In this document: in pieces, positions 39,201 to 49,554 of the stretch | Numbering within the stretch: position 1 is the first letter of the stretch | Layout: every line of letters starts with the position of its first letter | DNA from: a virus | IMG/VR virus record: IMGVR_UViG_3300024265_000047 | Span: 4,079-68,078 of that record | DNA length: 64,000 nucleotides | Direction: 5' to 3' (one strand) | Position numbers and translations under genes: made by a program | The notes under the pieces: generated by a model | Told to the model about the DNA's origin: nothing | Database searches by the model: none | The model's input: the letters and a program-made list of their open reading frames with translations, nothing else

Positions 39201-40123
39201 TAATCTTTTGCTATTATGTATATGTCTCCTGCAGCATTTGATCCAGCTAATCCAGAATCATATGTTGTAGGATTACCAGTTGTTCTTAATATAACGCTTC
39301 TTCCGCTTTCAGTTATTATATCAGTATCATCTGTTGTGAATTTTAAACCATCCAATAATGCACTTTGTATGGATCTAGGGTTATGAAATGTTAAATTATC
39401 TTCAATACTTGATAATATATATGGCATATCTGCTACTATATCAGTTCCAGCATGGTTAGAAAAAACAATTTGAGGAACTCCACCAGTATCATGTAAAAAT
39501 AAAAGACCTGCACTATTTGATTTAATAGCTGCTGCATATGTATCACTTATATAATTCAACCAAGGTGCACCTGCTCCTTGAATTGGGGGAGTATCCATTG
39601 TTGTAGGATAACCACCAATCAATACAGATTTAATATCATAAGTATCATCACCAGTAACTACTCTAAGTTCATCTGATGGTGGTATAAAAAGAAAATCTTC
39701 TCCATCTTGAAATACACTTCCACTACCATATATAGTATTACCGCCACTATTCCATAAAGAAACAACTGAACTACTTCCACCTCCACTACTTATATTTAAA
39801 TCAATATTAGTATATGTCCATAGTAATGTTGTTGAACTATATCTCCATATCTGATATGTAAATGTTGTTGAATTATCCCATATGTATTGATCTCCATCTA
39901 TTAAATTTTCTCCAAATACGTGTAAATTAGGATCATCAGTTCCTGTAAACCATTTACTTCCTCTAGTACCTCTTGGTCCTATTGGTCCTATTGGTCCATC
40001 TCCACCAATCATACCCTGAATTCCACCGCCGTTCAATAAAACTTGATCAAAATTTTCGTTGATTTTATCAACCATATTTGATATTGTATCTGAAGCAAGA
40101 ATTTCTTTAATAAGTATAGCCAT
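36257..40123 (-). CDS. Long tail fibre/receptor-binding protein
   Basis: Short collagen GxY run, KLNADKLDN fibre motif, many NxxIG..AG beta-roll repeats, C-terminal beta domain. Confidence 0.8.
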   Translation of the reverse strand: MAILIKEILASDTISNMVDKINENFDQVLLNGGGIQGMIGGDGPIGPIGPRGTRGSKWFTGTDDPNLHVFGENLIDGDQYIWDNSTTFTYQIWRYSSTTLLWTYTNIDLNISSGGGSSSVVSLWNSGGNTIYGSGSVFQDGEDFLFIPPSDELRVVTGDDTYDIKSVLIGGYPTTMDTPPIQGAGAPWLNYISDTYAAAIKSNSAGLLFLHDTGGVPQIVFSNHAGTDIVADMPYILSSIEDNLTFHNPRSIQSALLDGLKFTTDDTDIITESGRSVILRTTGNPTTYDSGLAGSNAAGDIYIIAKDYTSSTDGTTKGTDPGDNYTTPNQLLLKNVITTTTPAGDRYSHILMTGSGTSLTGNRYMEIKVDNSLKYSVDNIQTITLTYDGIYFNTPGSSRVQFDGNVYHNDYSYFLSNEAYLTTVDEYAGAIMVTGGNANLQIGSGEGASSYQSNGAFLQARLDTDIKYLYLNPLGGYVKLGGYTEPASELDVTGVITTTGGDSDDWNSAFGWNDHSIQGYLKDDGSVALTQNWNAGGYYIRSRQFYSDATGTTPPFIVQSEARVSKLNADKLDNYHASHFLFSTIDDTISANYKTGSPTSSKDSGIYGNYNSTVYSNIWGVSYVTTIATDGSTLDSFSGAVNSYESGPAGNLAGGHQFIWVNTGVIKSVLGDNIYTTGQFISTKASGAPLVVASTGRVDNLNVEYFNDQLASYYAVDGHLINSHDTTATGPELTTLTDGSNADALHNHAETDPVWNTWKDDNSHIVNISLSDISGWDSGSNLYLSNTTTSTVVIGDNTNIYSNTEGTFENRYSLVKNNIVLGVNAGKANPQDDPDPRFRGSYNIIMGLNAAFTLILADNSIILGQEAGYLLEDGDANIFIGYQSGRSIVDSTYNTLIGYQSGKYLTGEYNIALGSQALMGKSSNNSSDDHNIGIGRYTGFNLQTNAKYNILMGYYAGGTLGNHDNNIFIGYLAGRYAVADNNIAIGYEALGGNTALAGNDNVAIGRLAGKTLSTTAYSNVVIGANAGPQSGSGNTAYKNVIIGKGAGDSVTTGFENVIIGESAGASITAGQENVLIGVGTGGAITTLDYNTIIGWNAGLITSGASNVMLGQSAGVSNTTGSSNTYIGRGAGSDNVGSSNVFIGNFAGELQTVANNKLIIANSNVQELITGSFTSDTLSLNADVTIRDFLVLDNVAHASLSGTFTIAPTSSFMSVDAAGGVTSDASTAIDDGDYDGQILIITNTTTNPVTIKNGANTRMAGDVTLGNYDTISYIWLNTDWLETSRSDNS

Positions 40124-40168
40124 TATTAATTATTTTGTTTATTTTATATATTGTACTATATTACAATA

Positions 40169-43100
40169 TTATTTTTTATCTAAATCAACGGATAAACCAA
40201 ATGAATAGGTATAACCACTTATTTTATTATATGTAATTTTAAAATTAAGATTACTATTCTTTATATATTTTATAGACATTTGTCTATCAATATTAAGATT
40301 ATTTGTCAATCTATTTTCATTAGTATCATCCATATAAGCATAAGATGTTGTTCCATCTGATTTTATACCTTTAACATAAAGATCAATTGTATTTATTTTA
40401 TATACTATCAATATATTATTAGTTATATAATCTTTGATATCATCCTCTAAAGTATCTTTTCTACCAAACCCGTATAAAGGATTTACGTATTTATTAAATT
40501 CTGGATAAAGATTAATATACAATTCATCAGTTAATCTATCTGCAAGATAAACATGAAATATTATGTTATTATCATCCTCTTCATAAAAAACTCTTTCAGT
40601 AAAATTACTTAAATCAACATCATCACCTGGATATTCAGCTATTTCAAACGTTTCTAACGGCATAGCATCAGGTATTTGAGTCATTTTAGAACCAAAATAC
40701 GATTTTTTCTCAAATGTACTTCTTGTACCTGCAACATTTTCTGTGTTTATTTTATTTTTGTTTTTGATAAAATAACCAGGATCCCATGCAGAACTAAATA
40801 TGTATCTATCTGTTTTATCAATTCCAGTTTCTCCTATCAATGGATATCTACTCAAAAATGCACTTATGTTAGATAATTCCAATATACTACCTGGATTTTC
40901 TTCGTTAACTTTATGATAAAATACATTCTGTAATTTACCAAAGTCTTCATCTAACTTAAATTGTGTGTTACCATATCTTATTTCATCAAACACACTTGAT
41001 TCATATGCTGTTAATTCATCAGCTCCAGTTGCTGGATAACCTTTAAGAATATATGGATCTTCAAATTTTACAATGTCTTTAAATTTAGGATTGTAATAAC
41101 CTGAATGTCTAAAAAATGGTAACAATTCTATTGTTGGATTAAGAGCTGCTCTATAACCAATAGTTTCAATCAAATTAAAAGCAACAGGTTTATCTTCATC
41201 AACAACTCTTTGTAAATATAATGGTCTTATTACCATATCAGGACTAACTAATTCTACAACAAATTCATTATATGTTAATGTTCCATCTTCTTTAACTGTT
41301 TCATAAATTACATCAGGATTACCTCTATTAACTCTATCATAAATATCAGCAAACGAAGAACTTTTCATTTTTTCTAAATATGCCTGATATCCACCATCTA
41401 TTATATTATATGTTGCACCTTTTAATAAATTTGGAATAGGAGTGGTCAATGGAAATGAAGGAATAGGAATATCATTATAAGTCATTCTATTAACTAATAA
41501 AGTATTTTCATTAATAACTCTATCTATTTGTTCTATTTTATAACTACCGGCTCCTGTACCGGTTCCTGGGATAGTAAAATATATTTGATTGTATTTTCCA
41601 TCACTACCAATCGTAATATCATGTACAAAATTCGTTGGAACACCAGAAGTATCTGTAGTACCTTTTATAAGATAGGGACCAGTTCCACTACTTGTAATGA
41701 AATCTAAAGCACCCTGCATTCTTACATTTTGATAATCATTTGTTGCAAATGGTTGATCACCTGAAGCAGCATCCAATTTATTTAATAACGAATATAAAAG
41801 CGTTCTATCGATAAATTCTCTATCACCATCCAAATATGTATAATCTATATCTAAGAAAATCATTAGTGTAATAGTTTTCCATTTTTGATTTTCAACAAAC
41901 TTAATTTGAAAACCAGATCTTTCAGTTACATTACTAACGTATTCAACATCTACCTTATTTTGGTGTGGTATCATTATAGCTGAAAATTTATATCCATTAA
42001 ATTTACCATTTTGAATCAATGATAAATTTTTAATATTATAATTCAACGATAATTTATCATCAAATGCTAAATTATAATCTGATCTCTGTTTTGTTATAAC
42101 TTTAATACCTCTAAAAAAGGTTTCAGCATATCTGTATTTAGAACCATATTCTAAAGTAGAATATTTTTGTTGTCTATCTATTGGAATATAAGCATTATTA
42201 AAATTAACTCTATCAACTGTAAAATAATCTGTAAAATTATCAGTATCTATATCTTGAAAATATCCAAGTGCTGGGGGTAATATTGAATTACCATCGAAAT
42301 TATCGTATGCTTTTTTATCAAAATAACTCCACGATCTTAACACATCTGATTCTGTAAAATACTCAGGATATTTTGAAAGATAATACCATTCATGTGTAAA
42401 TGAATCTGGATCCTGTATGATATTTTTAGATGATGGAGAAAAATTATGTAAACCAAAAGCACCAGAAAAATTCAATCTGTAATCCTTGTTTCTAAGATCC
42501 TTACCTTCCTTATAAACCCATTTATTTATGTAAGGTACAACTCTTGATATATTAGAAAGTTCTCTTATATAATTTTCCTTTAATCTATCATATTCATTTG
42601 TAACCGCTTCTGTCGTTGTTCCTTCAGGCGTATCATTCTGTAATATACCCTGTAATCTACCGAAACCAGTTTCATAAAAATCTCTTATATCAGGATGGTT
42701 TGCTTTATAAATATAATTACCACTTGCATCCTGTTCGTTATATTCATCTTCTTCAGCATACAGTTCTCCAAGATCAAAATATTCTGTTGAATAAAAATCA
42801 ACATCAAAATCTCTTATTGGATAAAACGAAAATCTACCAAACTTTGGTCTAAACAATTCATATATTGATACTTTACTATTAGAATCATAATATATTTTAT
42901 CACCTTTTAAAACAACACTTCTATAATTATTAAAATTACTGTATGTTGTTATGTTATTAAATTCATCATAAGTTCTTTCATCTAAATATGGTCCAATATT
43001 TGTAACCAAGGCATAACCAGTTTTAGTTTTTATGTATCTATCTGTATTAAATTTAAGTATGTCATCAACATGAATTTTTACTCTAGAATCTTTATTACCG

Positions 43101-44773
43101 CTACCACCTGCAAAGAAATTGTTAGTAGCATGTGTGTTAGGATATGGTTCTAAATTTATTGTAGATGATGATAAAACAAAATTTATAGAATTAAAATTAA
43201 AACCTTCTACAAGATTTTCAACTATTACGGTATCATCTACTGCTAATGCTTTAAATGTTTTTTTCGTACTTCTTATATTGTTTATTGCAGCAGCTAATGA
43301 AATTGCAACATCCTTTGGAGCACCAAATCTATTAAAAAATGTTTCATATGCTTCTCCGATATCATTATTTGTTTCTACTGCAGATACTTCTCCGATATAG
43401 TGTGAATCACCAGTTACAACAAGTGGTATTGTTCCTTCATAAAAACTTATGGTGTATCCATAATCCAATTCACCAATAATTTTAAACATAGCACCTGCAC
43501 GACCACGACCAGATAAAGATATTCCTTTAGATGATGTTATCATTGGTGAGAATCCAGAAAATTTAGAAACATCAACTTCTGTATCTGCTATTCTAATCTG
43601 ATTATCATTCCATACACTTCCAGTTTTAATGTTATGAAAATTATTTTCTTTATCTTTTACATAAAAATAACTAGCAATTGTATCGATATATTCAGGTTTT
43701 GGTAATGCCGTTATAGTATCTATATCATGCGTAAATAACAAAATACCCCTTTGGTTTGTTAAATTATATTCATTTACAAGCGTTTCAGAAACATCTGTTT
43801 TATTTATTGGATAAGGAGTTTGAGTTTTTTCTATTCTAGTTTTTCTAAAAAATTCTTCACCATCCAATAAAAAACTTCCTTCTTCATTATCAGTAACATA
43901 AAGACCAAAGTATCTATTTATTTTATAATTATCTGTAACATCATCATTGAATAAAAATTCTAAATTGATTAAATTTGCACTAACAATATTATTTCTTTCA
44001 AAACCCTTAGTTACAAAATATTCATCTTCCATAACTGTAGAATCTTTAGCAACCAAAGTATCATATAAACGTTCAGATACTGAAGTAAATCCGGATTTGT
44101 TATATGATATACCGTTATAATAACTTACTTCATTTTTATTAACATTTAGTGTAACAGATGAAATAGGAAATGCTTCATCATTTACGTGATTTCTTATATA
44201 TTTACCTAAATTAGTTGTCTTTCTAAGATCAAATGTTTTTATTATTGTAGATTTTTTGATTACATTATCAATAAAATTGTCTGGGTCCTTTGCAGCAGCT
44301 TCATTTAAATTTTCAGTTGTTGCATTTCTACTGTTTATGTTAACAGGTCCTTCTATTTTAAATATCACGAAATAATCTGGAACATCTTTTTCCAACCATA
44401 TTGGAGCAAAAATCGCCATATCTTCCGTGTATTTTTCTGATATTACTCGTCTGGCACCAGCTTTATAAAACATTTCAAACTGTTCAGTATATTTAGACAT
44501 AACTGTGTTACTATCATTAGCTTGAAATACATCATACGCTAATTTTTTAGGAAACTGTCCCTTGTTATAAAAATTAAATAGATCAACGCTGTATTTAGAA
44601 TTTGGATCAATCTTATAACCCTTAAATTTATTGTTTGAAAGAGCCTCGTTTGCACTGAATGATTCTAAATAAAGATCATCATTACTATCAACCATTAATT
44701 TTATATTGGTACTAAGCTTCGGATTAGTCGAAAGAAGTCCAAAACTGTAGTTAGAAAAAAATTGTTTGGCCAT
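40169..44773 (-). CDS. Large putative structural (baseplate/tail) protein
   Basis: 1534-aa ORF rich in N/D/Y/F, late-module context. Confidence 0.6.
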   Translation of the reverse strand: MAKQFFSNYSFGLLSTNPKLSTNIKLMVDSNDDLYLESFSANEALSNNKFKGYKIDPNSKYSVDLFNFYNKGQFPKKLAYDVFQANDSNTVMSKYTEQFEMFYKAGARRVISEKYTEDMAIFAPIWLEKDVPDYFVIFKIEGPVNINSRNATTENLNEAAAKDPDNFIDNVIKKSTIIKTFDLRKTTNLGKYIRNHVNDEAFPISSVTLNVNKNEVSYYNGISYNKSGFTSVSERLYDTLVAKDSTVMEDEYFVTKGFERNNIVSANLINLEFLFNDDVTDNYKINRYFGLYVTDNEEGSFLLDGEEFFRKTRIEKTQTPYPINKTDVSETLVNEYNLTNQRGILLFTHDIDTITALPKPEYIDTIASYFYVKDKENNFHNIKTGSVWNDNQIRIADTEVDVSKFSGFSPMITSSKGISLSGRGRAGAMFKIIGELDYGYTISFYEGTIPLVVTGDSHYIGEVSAVETNNDIGEAYETFFNRFGAPKDVAISLAAAINNIRSTKKTFKALAVDDTVIVENLVEGFNFNSINFVLSSSTINLEPYPNTHATNNFFAGGSGNKDSRVKIHVDDILKFNTDRYIKTKTGYALVTNIGPYLDERTYDEFNNITTYSNFNNYRSVVLKGDKIYYDSNSKVSIYELFRPKFGRFSFYPIRDFDVDFYSTEYFDLGELYAEEDEYNEQDASGNYIYKANHPDIRDFYETGFGRLQGILQNDTPEGTTTEAVTNEYDRLKENYIRELSNISRVVPYINKWVYKEGKDLRNKDYRLNFSGAFGLHNFSPSSKNIIQDPDSFTHEWYYLSKYPEYFTESDVLRSWSYFDKKAYDNFDGNSILPPALGYFQDIDTDNFTDYFTVDRVNFNNAYIPIDRQQKYSTLEYGSKYRYAETFFRGIKVITKQRSDYNLAFDDKLSLNYNIKNLSLIQNGKFNGYKFSAIMIPHQNKVDVEYVSNVTERSGFQIKFVENQKWKTITLMIFLDIDYTYLDGDREFIDRTLLYSLLNKLDAASGDQPFATNDYQNVRMQGALDFITSSGTGPYLIKGTTDTSGVPTNFVHDITIGSDGKYNQIYFTIPGTGTGAGSYKIEQIDRVINENTLLVNRMTYNDIPIPSFPLTTPIPNLLKGATYNIIDGGYQAYLEKMKSSSFADIYDRVNRGNPDVIYETVKEDGTLTYNEFVVELVSPDMVIRPLYLQRVVDEDKPVAFNLIETIGYRAALNPTIELLPFFRHSGYYNPKFKDIVKFEDPYILKGYPATGADELTAYESSVFDEIRYGNTQFKLDEDFGKLQNVFYHKVNEENPGSILELSNISAFLSRYPLIGETGIDKTDRYIFSSAWDPGYFIKNKNKINTENVAGTRSTFEKKSYFGSKMTQIPDAMPLETFEIAEYPGDDVDLSNFTERVFYEEDDNNIIFHVYLADRLTDELYINLYPEFNKYVNPLYGFGRKDTLEDDIKDYITNNILIVYKINTIDLYVKGIKSDGTTSYAYMDDTNENRLTNNLNIDRQMSIKYIKNSNLNFKITYNKISGYTYSFGLSVDLDKK

Positions 44774-44824
44774 ATTTATTTTTTGTTTACAATGTTAAAT
44801 TATATATTAGAAAAATACATAAAG

Positions 44825-44852
44825 AAAAAAAAGGAGATCATTTAGATCTCCT
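44825..44852 (-). terminator. Intrinsic terminator
   Basis: aggagatc-attta-gatctcct stem followed by a U tract on the minus strand. Confidence 0.8.
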
Positions 44853-44871
44853 CAATTGAATAAAGTTTCTA

Positions 44872-47800
44872 TTATGATAGTATACCAAGATCTACTCTAG
44901 TTTCTAATATTGTTGGAGCTAAATTTTCTAAAGTATTTGAAACATCATCTATAGCAACCTGTAGTTGTCTACTTGGAAGTTGTTCAAGATTTAGATTATC
45001 TGATTTGTATTTAGCAAATATTTCGATGTCAAAAGAAAAAGTATCTCCAGCAACATCGTAAATATCAAATCCCATTCTTTTTGCATAAGTTACATTGGTA
45101 ATTGATCCATTTTGAACTCCTGCAATGTTACCCAAACCTTCAGAACCTTTACCCCAATAATCTGTCATTCTAAATTGGAATATCAACGGTATTTTTAAAG
45201 AATTGTGTGAACCAAATTCTATTGATTTTAATGAAGTTGCATTTTTACCATCAACACAAATTGTTTCATGTGTATCAGTTGCTAAAAACATGTATGAACC
45301 ACAAGTATATTTACCCAATAGATATTGATCATTTTCTTCAAAGGACGTTTTCAATGTTCTGGTAAATACAAGATCTGAACCATTTCCACCTGCAGTTAAC
45401 ATCTGAGCTCTTTTTGTTTCATCAGCAGAACCATCATAGATATACATATTTTGTTTTTTACCCAACTTGGTATTAGACTGTAATATTGAAAACTTAGAAT
45501 GTCTAAACAACTGTACAGCTAATTCTGCAACAGTTTCTGTAGTAGGAGTAATACCTGTTATTTGTTCGTATACTGAATTGTATATAATTTCACTTTGAAC
45601 AAACGGATGATCAATATGTACTTCTATTGTTTCATCAGGTATACCACTTGGATTAGATGGATCAAATTCAACATCTCTATATGGAACACCACTATTAAAA
45701 GCTGCGCCAAAAATGAAATCATCATCAGAAACTGATGCACCTGGAACAATTCTTCCATAAGAATATTCTGCTTCTTCTCCGTTTGTTATTGGAGTTCCCA
45801 CATCTGTTCCACGATTAGTTGGTTCATTATGATAATAAAAACTTTCTTCTGCTGCAAGATCTTTAAATCTACAATATATGAATTGTGATTTAACCTGTGC
45901 AGCTTGATAAGGTGCTAAAACACCTATTTCATCTGTATTATCAGAATTGTTAGAATTTGTCAAAACAACAGGTACTAAATCATATTTTAATTTTGTATTA
46001 TAAGTATCATCACTAGAAACATAAGAAGGATTACCTTCTATCGTTATATCGTTGTTTTCATAATATCCATATATAGCTGGAATTATATCAGGAGTATCTG
46101 CTTCAGATCTTTTAACTCTTTTAGTATAACTTCCAGGTAATCTAGATATCAATTCTAATGCAGTAGCTGCAATGTTTTCTAACTGTAAGAAAAATGTCTT
46201 ACTAACAATAACACCCTTTTTAACATCCAATGTATTAACAATATCAGTATAATAACCTGCAAAGAATTTGTTTATTTGGTTTTTATTTATCTTAGTTTCA
46301 TTACCATCTTCATCCAATATTTTAACAACAAGTGTACCTTTAACTTTCTTAAGAATTTCTCCATATTCTTGTAATTGAGTTGTCATTTCTATCAACTTAT
46401 TATAAAGATCAATTGGTGTTTGTTCAGGAGATAAAAATCCTGATGCAATGTTTTGAGCTTGATGTGGATAATATTTTTCATTAGCTGTAAATGAATCTGA
46501 TAGATGACTATCAATTCCCTTTGAATTTAATTCTTCCTGTAATCTAACTCTTGAAAGATCGATTTGGTTTTCACTTAATATATCTGTTACAATATTACTT
46601 GTAGTAAATTGATCTGGAAACTGAATTCTAATTATGTTTGACCAATCAGATTTCAAACCATTAGAAGGCCATCCAGCTTCAGATACTGACATTACTTTTA
46701 CTTCAAGAATTTCACCCTTTCTTATCGGTATATCAATCGTATTTATATTGTATTGATCTGCATTTTCAACATCTTCAATTTCCCATTCATATTCGTCTGT
46801 ATCAGGATTATATACTCTATTTCTTACCTTACTTTCAGTTCTTTCCCATGGAGAAAATGCTGCTCTTCTTTGAACATCACCATCAGTAAAATCCAATTGG
46901 TTTACTGGATTAGCCGCACCATCAAGAGATAGATACCTATGTTCTGTTATGAATTGAACTATCTGTTGGAATCCAGTTTCTGGAATACTTTTTAGATCTG
47001 GATATTCGAAATAACCTCTTGCTCTATATTTAGGAATAAAAGATGTTAATGAACCGCTTTTAGCAAGTGCTTCTATTTCTTTAACAATAGATGAATACAA
47101 TTCAGTTTTAGTATTACGTTCTGTTATTAAAGCTCTTTCTTCGTTTTTATCTGATTGTCTTTCTTGTTGATTACCAGAATAGTTCTTTGTTGCTATCAAT
47201 TCTCTTTTGGCTTTTATAGCATCATCTAATTCCTTCAATTCAGAAAGAATTGTAATTTTTTGATTCTGTAATTCTATAAGATCCTTAACTGATTGATTGT
47301 TTTCAAGATGTTGATTTATTTTTAAAACACTTACATTTTCACCATTTAATACTGGAGCATCAGGAATGATTCCCAATATTGCAGGTGGTAATTTGTCTTT
47401 CGCAAGATTAAACAAATACGTACTAAAATCAGTAACCTCTGTTCTATAATACTGCTCAAGACTTTGTTCTAAACCATTTATAGTTATTTTTAAATCATTT
47501 GAATAAAATGCAACACCTGGAGACCAATTTTTAGAAGATATTTTCGATACAGGATCTATAGGTTTAACAAATACTACACATCTTTCATTGAATCCAATTC
47601 CTATTTGTCCTTCAACGAAGTTGTCTTGTTCTGAATAAAATATTAATGTATCAGCTCCTATTGGAATTGTTCTATAACCTTCTATCAACTCTAATACAAC
47701 GCTATTTGTTGATGTATCTACACTTTTTATTATATATCTTGTATCTCTTATATCACCAGCAACAATTAATGAATCTCCAATTTTAAGATTCATTGTATCT

Positions 47801-48564
47801 AAAAAGTTAGATCTTGTATCTGTATATGATAATTTATTTAATGTATATACTTTTCTTTTAAGATTAACTGTAATTCCGTTTATTTCCTCTTCGGTTGTTG
47901 TATCAGAAATTCTTATAACATTGAATCCACCCTTAAATCTAACAGTTCTTGGTGGAACATCAATTATATCTCTATCTGGAATGTATGCTATACCATTTGA
48001 TATCAAATCAGATAAAAATGTTACATAATCGACTTCATTTCTACCAATGTAATTTTCTTCAAACCACGTTCTTTTAGCAGCATTATCTAAATCTAAAATA
48101 AATCTATAAACTTCAATTCTTTCTATATCTCTTGGAACCTTACCAGTAAGATCTAAAGATATGTATAAATAAGGATTTATAAAATTTTCAAAGAAATAAT
48201 TATCTTTGATATTAAAATTACTAACAGTATTTAATTCTGTAACATCATCTGCTTCACCCTTGATGTTAGAAATCATAATATTTCTAAATTGACCATCAGA
48301 TAATTTTATACTACTTTTACCACTATCAACGTTAACCAAACTTCTAAAGTTAGTTTCTAAAAGTTCCAATTTGTTTTTAAGATAACCAAAACTCGGTACA
48401 AACATTCTTCTGATATTATTATTATTATCAACGACGTCTATAGCAACAGTTTCTTGATCACTGGTTATTGCCTCAGTTATTTTTTCAAAACCTTCTAAAG
48501 AATTATTATAAAGTCTTAAAAGTTCTGGTAATATTGTAGATATACTATTTACGGATTTATCCAT
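44872..48564 (-). CDS. Large putative structural protein
   Basis: 1230-aa ORF with an internal coiled coil and an Fn3-like segment (EVKVMSVSEAGWP...SDWS). Confidence 0.6.
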   Translation of the reverse strand: MDKSVNSISTILPELLRLYNNSLEGFEKITEAITSDQETVAIDVVDNNNNIRRMFVPSFGYLKNKLELLETNFRSLVNVDSGKSSIKLSDGQFRNIMISNIKGEADDVTELNTVSNFNIKDNYFFENFINPYLYISLDLTGKVPRDIERIEVYRFILDLDNAAKRTWFEENYIGRNEVDYVTFLSDLISNGIAYIPDRDIIDVPPRTVRFKGGFNVIRISDTTTEEEINGITVNLKRKVYTLNKLSYTDTRSNFLDTMNLKIGDSLIVAGDIRDTRYIIKSVDTSTNSVVLELIEGYRTIPIGADTLIFYSEQDNFVEGQIGIGFNERCVVFVKPIDPVSKISSKNWSPGVAFYSNDLKITINGLEQSLEQYYRTEVTDFSTYLFNLAKDKLPPAILGIIPDAPVLNGENVSVLKINQHLENNQSVKDLIELQNQKITILSELKELDDAIKAKRELIATKNYSGNQQERQSDKNEERALITERNTKTELYSSIVKEIEALAKSGSLTSFIPKYRARGYFEYPDLKSIPETGFQQIVQFITEHRYLSLDGAANPVNQLDFTDGDVQRRAAFSPWERTESKVRNRVYNPDTDEYEWEIEDVENADQYNINTIDIPIRKGEILEVKVMSVSEAGWPSNGLKSDWSNIIRIQFPDQFTTSNIVTDILSENQIDLSRVRLQEELNSKGIDSHLSDSFTANEKYYPHQAQNIASGFLSPEQTPIDLYNKLIEMTTQLQEYGEILKKVKGTLVVKILDEDGNETKINKNQINKFFAGYYTDIVNTLDVKKGVIVSKTFFLQLENIAATALELISRLPGSYTKRVKRSEADTPDIIPAIYGYYENNDITIEGNPSYVSSDDTYNTKLKYDLVPVVLTNSNNSDNTDEIGVLAPYQAAQVKSQFIYCRFKDLAAEESFYYHNEPTNRGTDVGTPITNGEEAEYSYGRIVPGASVSDDDFIFGAAFNSGVPYRDVEFDPSNPSGIPDETIEVHIDHPFVQSEIIYNSVYEQITGITPTTETVAELAVQLFRHSKFSILQSNTKLGKKQNMYIYDGSADETKRAQMLTAGGNGSDLVFTRTLKTSFEENDQYLLGKYTCGSYMFLATDTHETICVDGKNATSLKSIEFGSHNSLKIPLIFQFRMTDYWGKGSEGLGNIAGVQNGSITNVTYAKRMGFDIYDVAGDTFSFDIEIFAKYKSDNLNLEQLPSRQLQVAIDDVSNTLENLAPTILETRVDLGILS

Positions 48565-48579
48565 CTTTTTAATTTAAGT

Positions 48580-49548
48580 TTATTCTGTACTGTGTAATTC
48601 TTTCCATTTATCATATATTTCCTTACTATCAGTTAATTTATATTTTAAATGAATATCTAACATTTGTTTTCCTGCATCATAATTAACATTAAAATGTTTA
48701 CTTAGTTCATATAGTGTCCAAGCATTATCTATCTCGACATTGTATTTTGCCATAATATCTAAAGCTTCTTTTGCTGATTTTACATCTGGACTACTACTTC
48801 TTCTTGGATCTTTTGGTTTGACACCAGTATCTTGATATGTTATTAAATTCTTTCTTTCTATTTTTCTTCTTCTAACAGCAGCTCTCATAAACAATTCTAC
48901 TTCATGTTCCATATCAGGATTAGTTTTTATAAAATTATCCATTTTTTTGATTGTATTAGACATAAAATGTGTATCAGTTTTTTCAGCATCCCTTTCTTTA
49001 CCTTTCATGGCACCTTCGACCTGACTCATATAAGTTGATTTAACCTTTTCAGCATCTTTTTCGAAATTATCAAAAATCCATTTTTCTTCATCTTCTGCTG
49101 ATTCATATTTTTCTCTATTTACTTCGATTGTACCCTTTAATTTAAATATTCTAACTATTTTTTTAAGCCATGGATTATCACCTGCTAAAACATCAGCTTC
49201 TACTTCGTATTTTTCTGCATTATCTATAAGTGGTGCTTGTTGTTTTTTTAATACTTTAATAATATCACTAATATCAGGAACATGTTGTTTACCCAAAATT
49301 TCTGTTTCAACTTTTTCTCTCATTTGTGTAGCCAATTCAGCAGCTTTAAGTCTGTTAAAATTTGCTTTTCGCATTGTTTTTTTGATCTTAGGTGAAGTTA
49401 TTATCCAACCTTTTAGTTTTCTCAAAAACTTACCCTCATTCAAAAAATTTATAGCTTTTTCTAAATCCTCAATAGAATTTATATCTATATTTTCATAAAT
49501 GTAAGAATCGTCCTCTGTTATTTCTTCAAGTGTTCTAATATATTTCAT
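48580..49548 (-). CDS. Hypothetical helical (probable internal head) protein
   Basis: N-terminus MKYIRTLEEITE...FLNE|G; charged helical composition unlike its neighbours. Confidence 0.6.
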   Translation of the reverse strand: MKYIRTLEEITEDDSYIYENIDINSIEDLEKAINFLNEGKFLRKLKGWIITSPKIKKTMRKANFNRLKAAELATQMREKVETEILGKQHVPDISDIIKVLKKQQAPLIDNAEKYEVEADVLAGDNPWLKKIVRIFKLKGTIEVNREKYESAEDEEKWIFDNFEKDAEKVKSTYMSQVEGAMKGKERDAEKTDTHFMSNTIKKMDNFIKTNPDMEHEVELFMRAAVRRRKIERKNLITYQDTGVKPKDPRRSSSPDVKSAKEALDIMAKYNVEIDNAWTLYELSKHFNVNYDAGKQMLDIHLKYKLTDSKEIYDKWKELHSTE

Positions 49549-49554
49549 ATCTTA

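Noticed and set aside
36257-40123. Diversity-generating retroelement targeting the tail fibre
   Set aside because: No reverse transcriptase and no template/variable repeat pair seen in this window.
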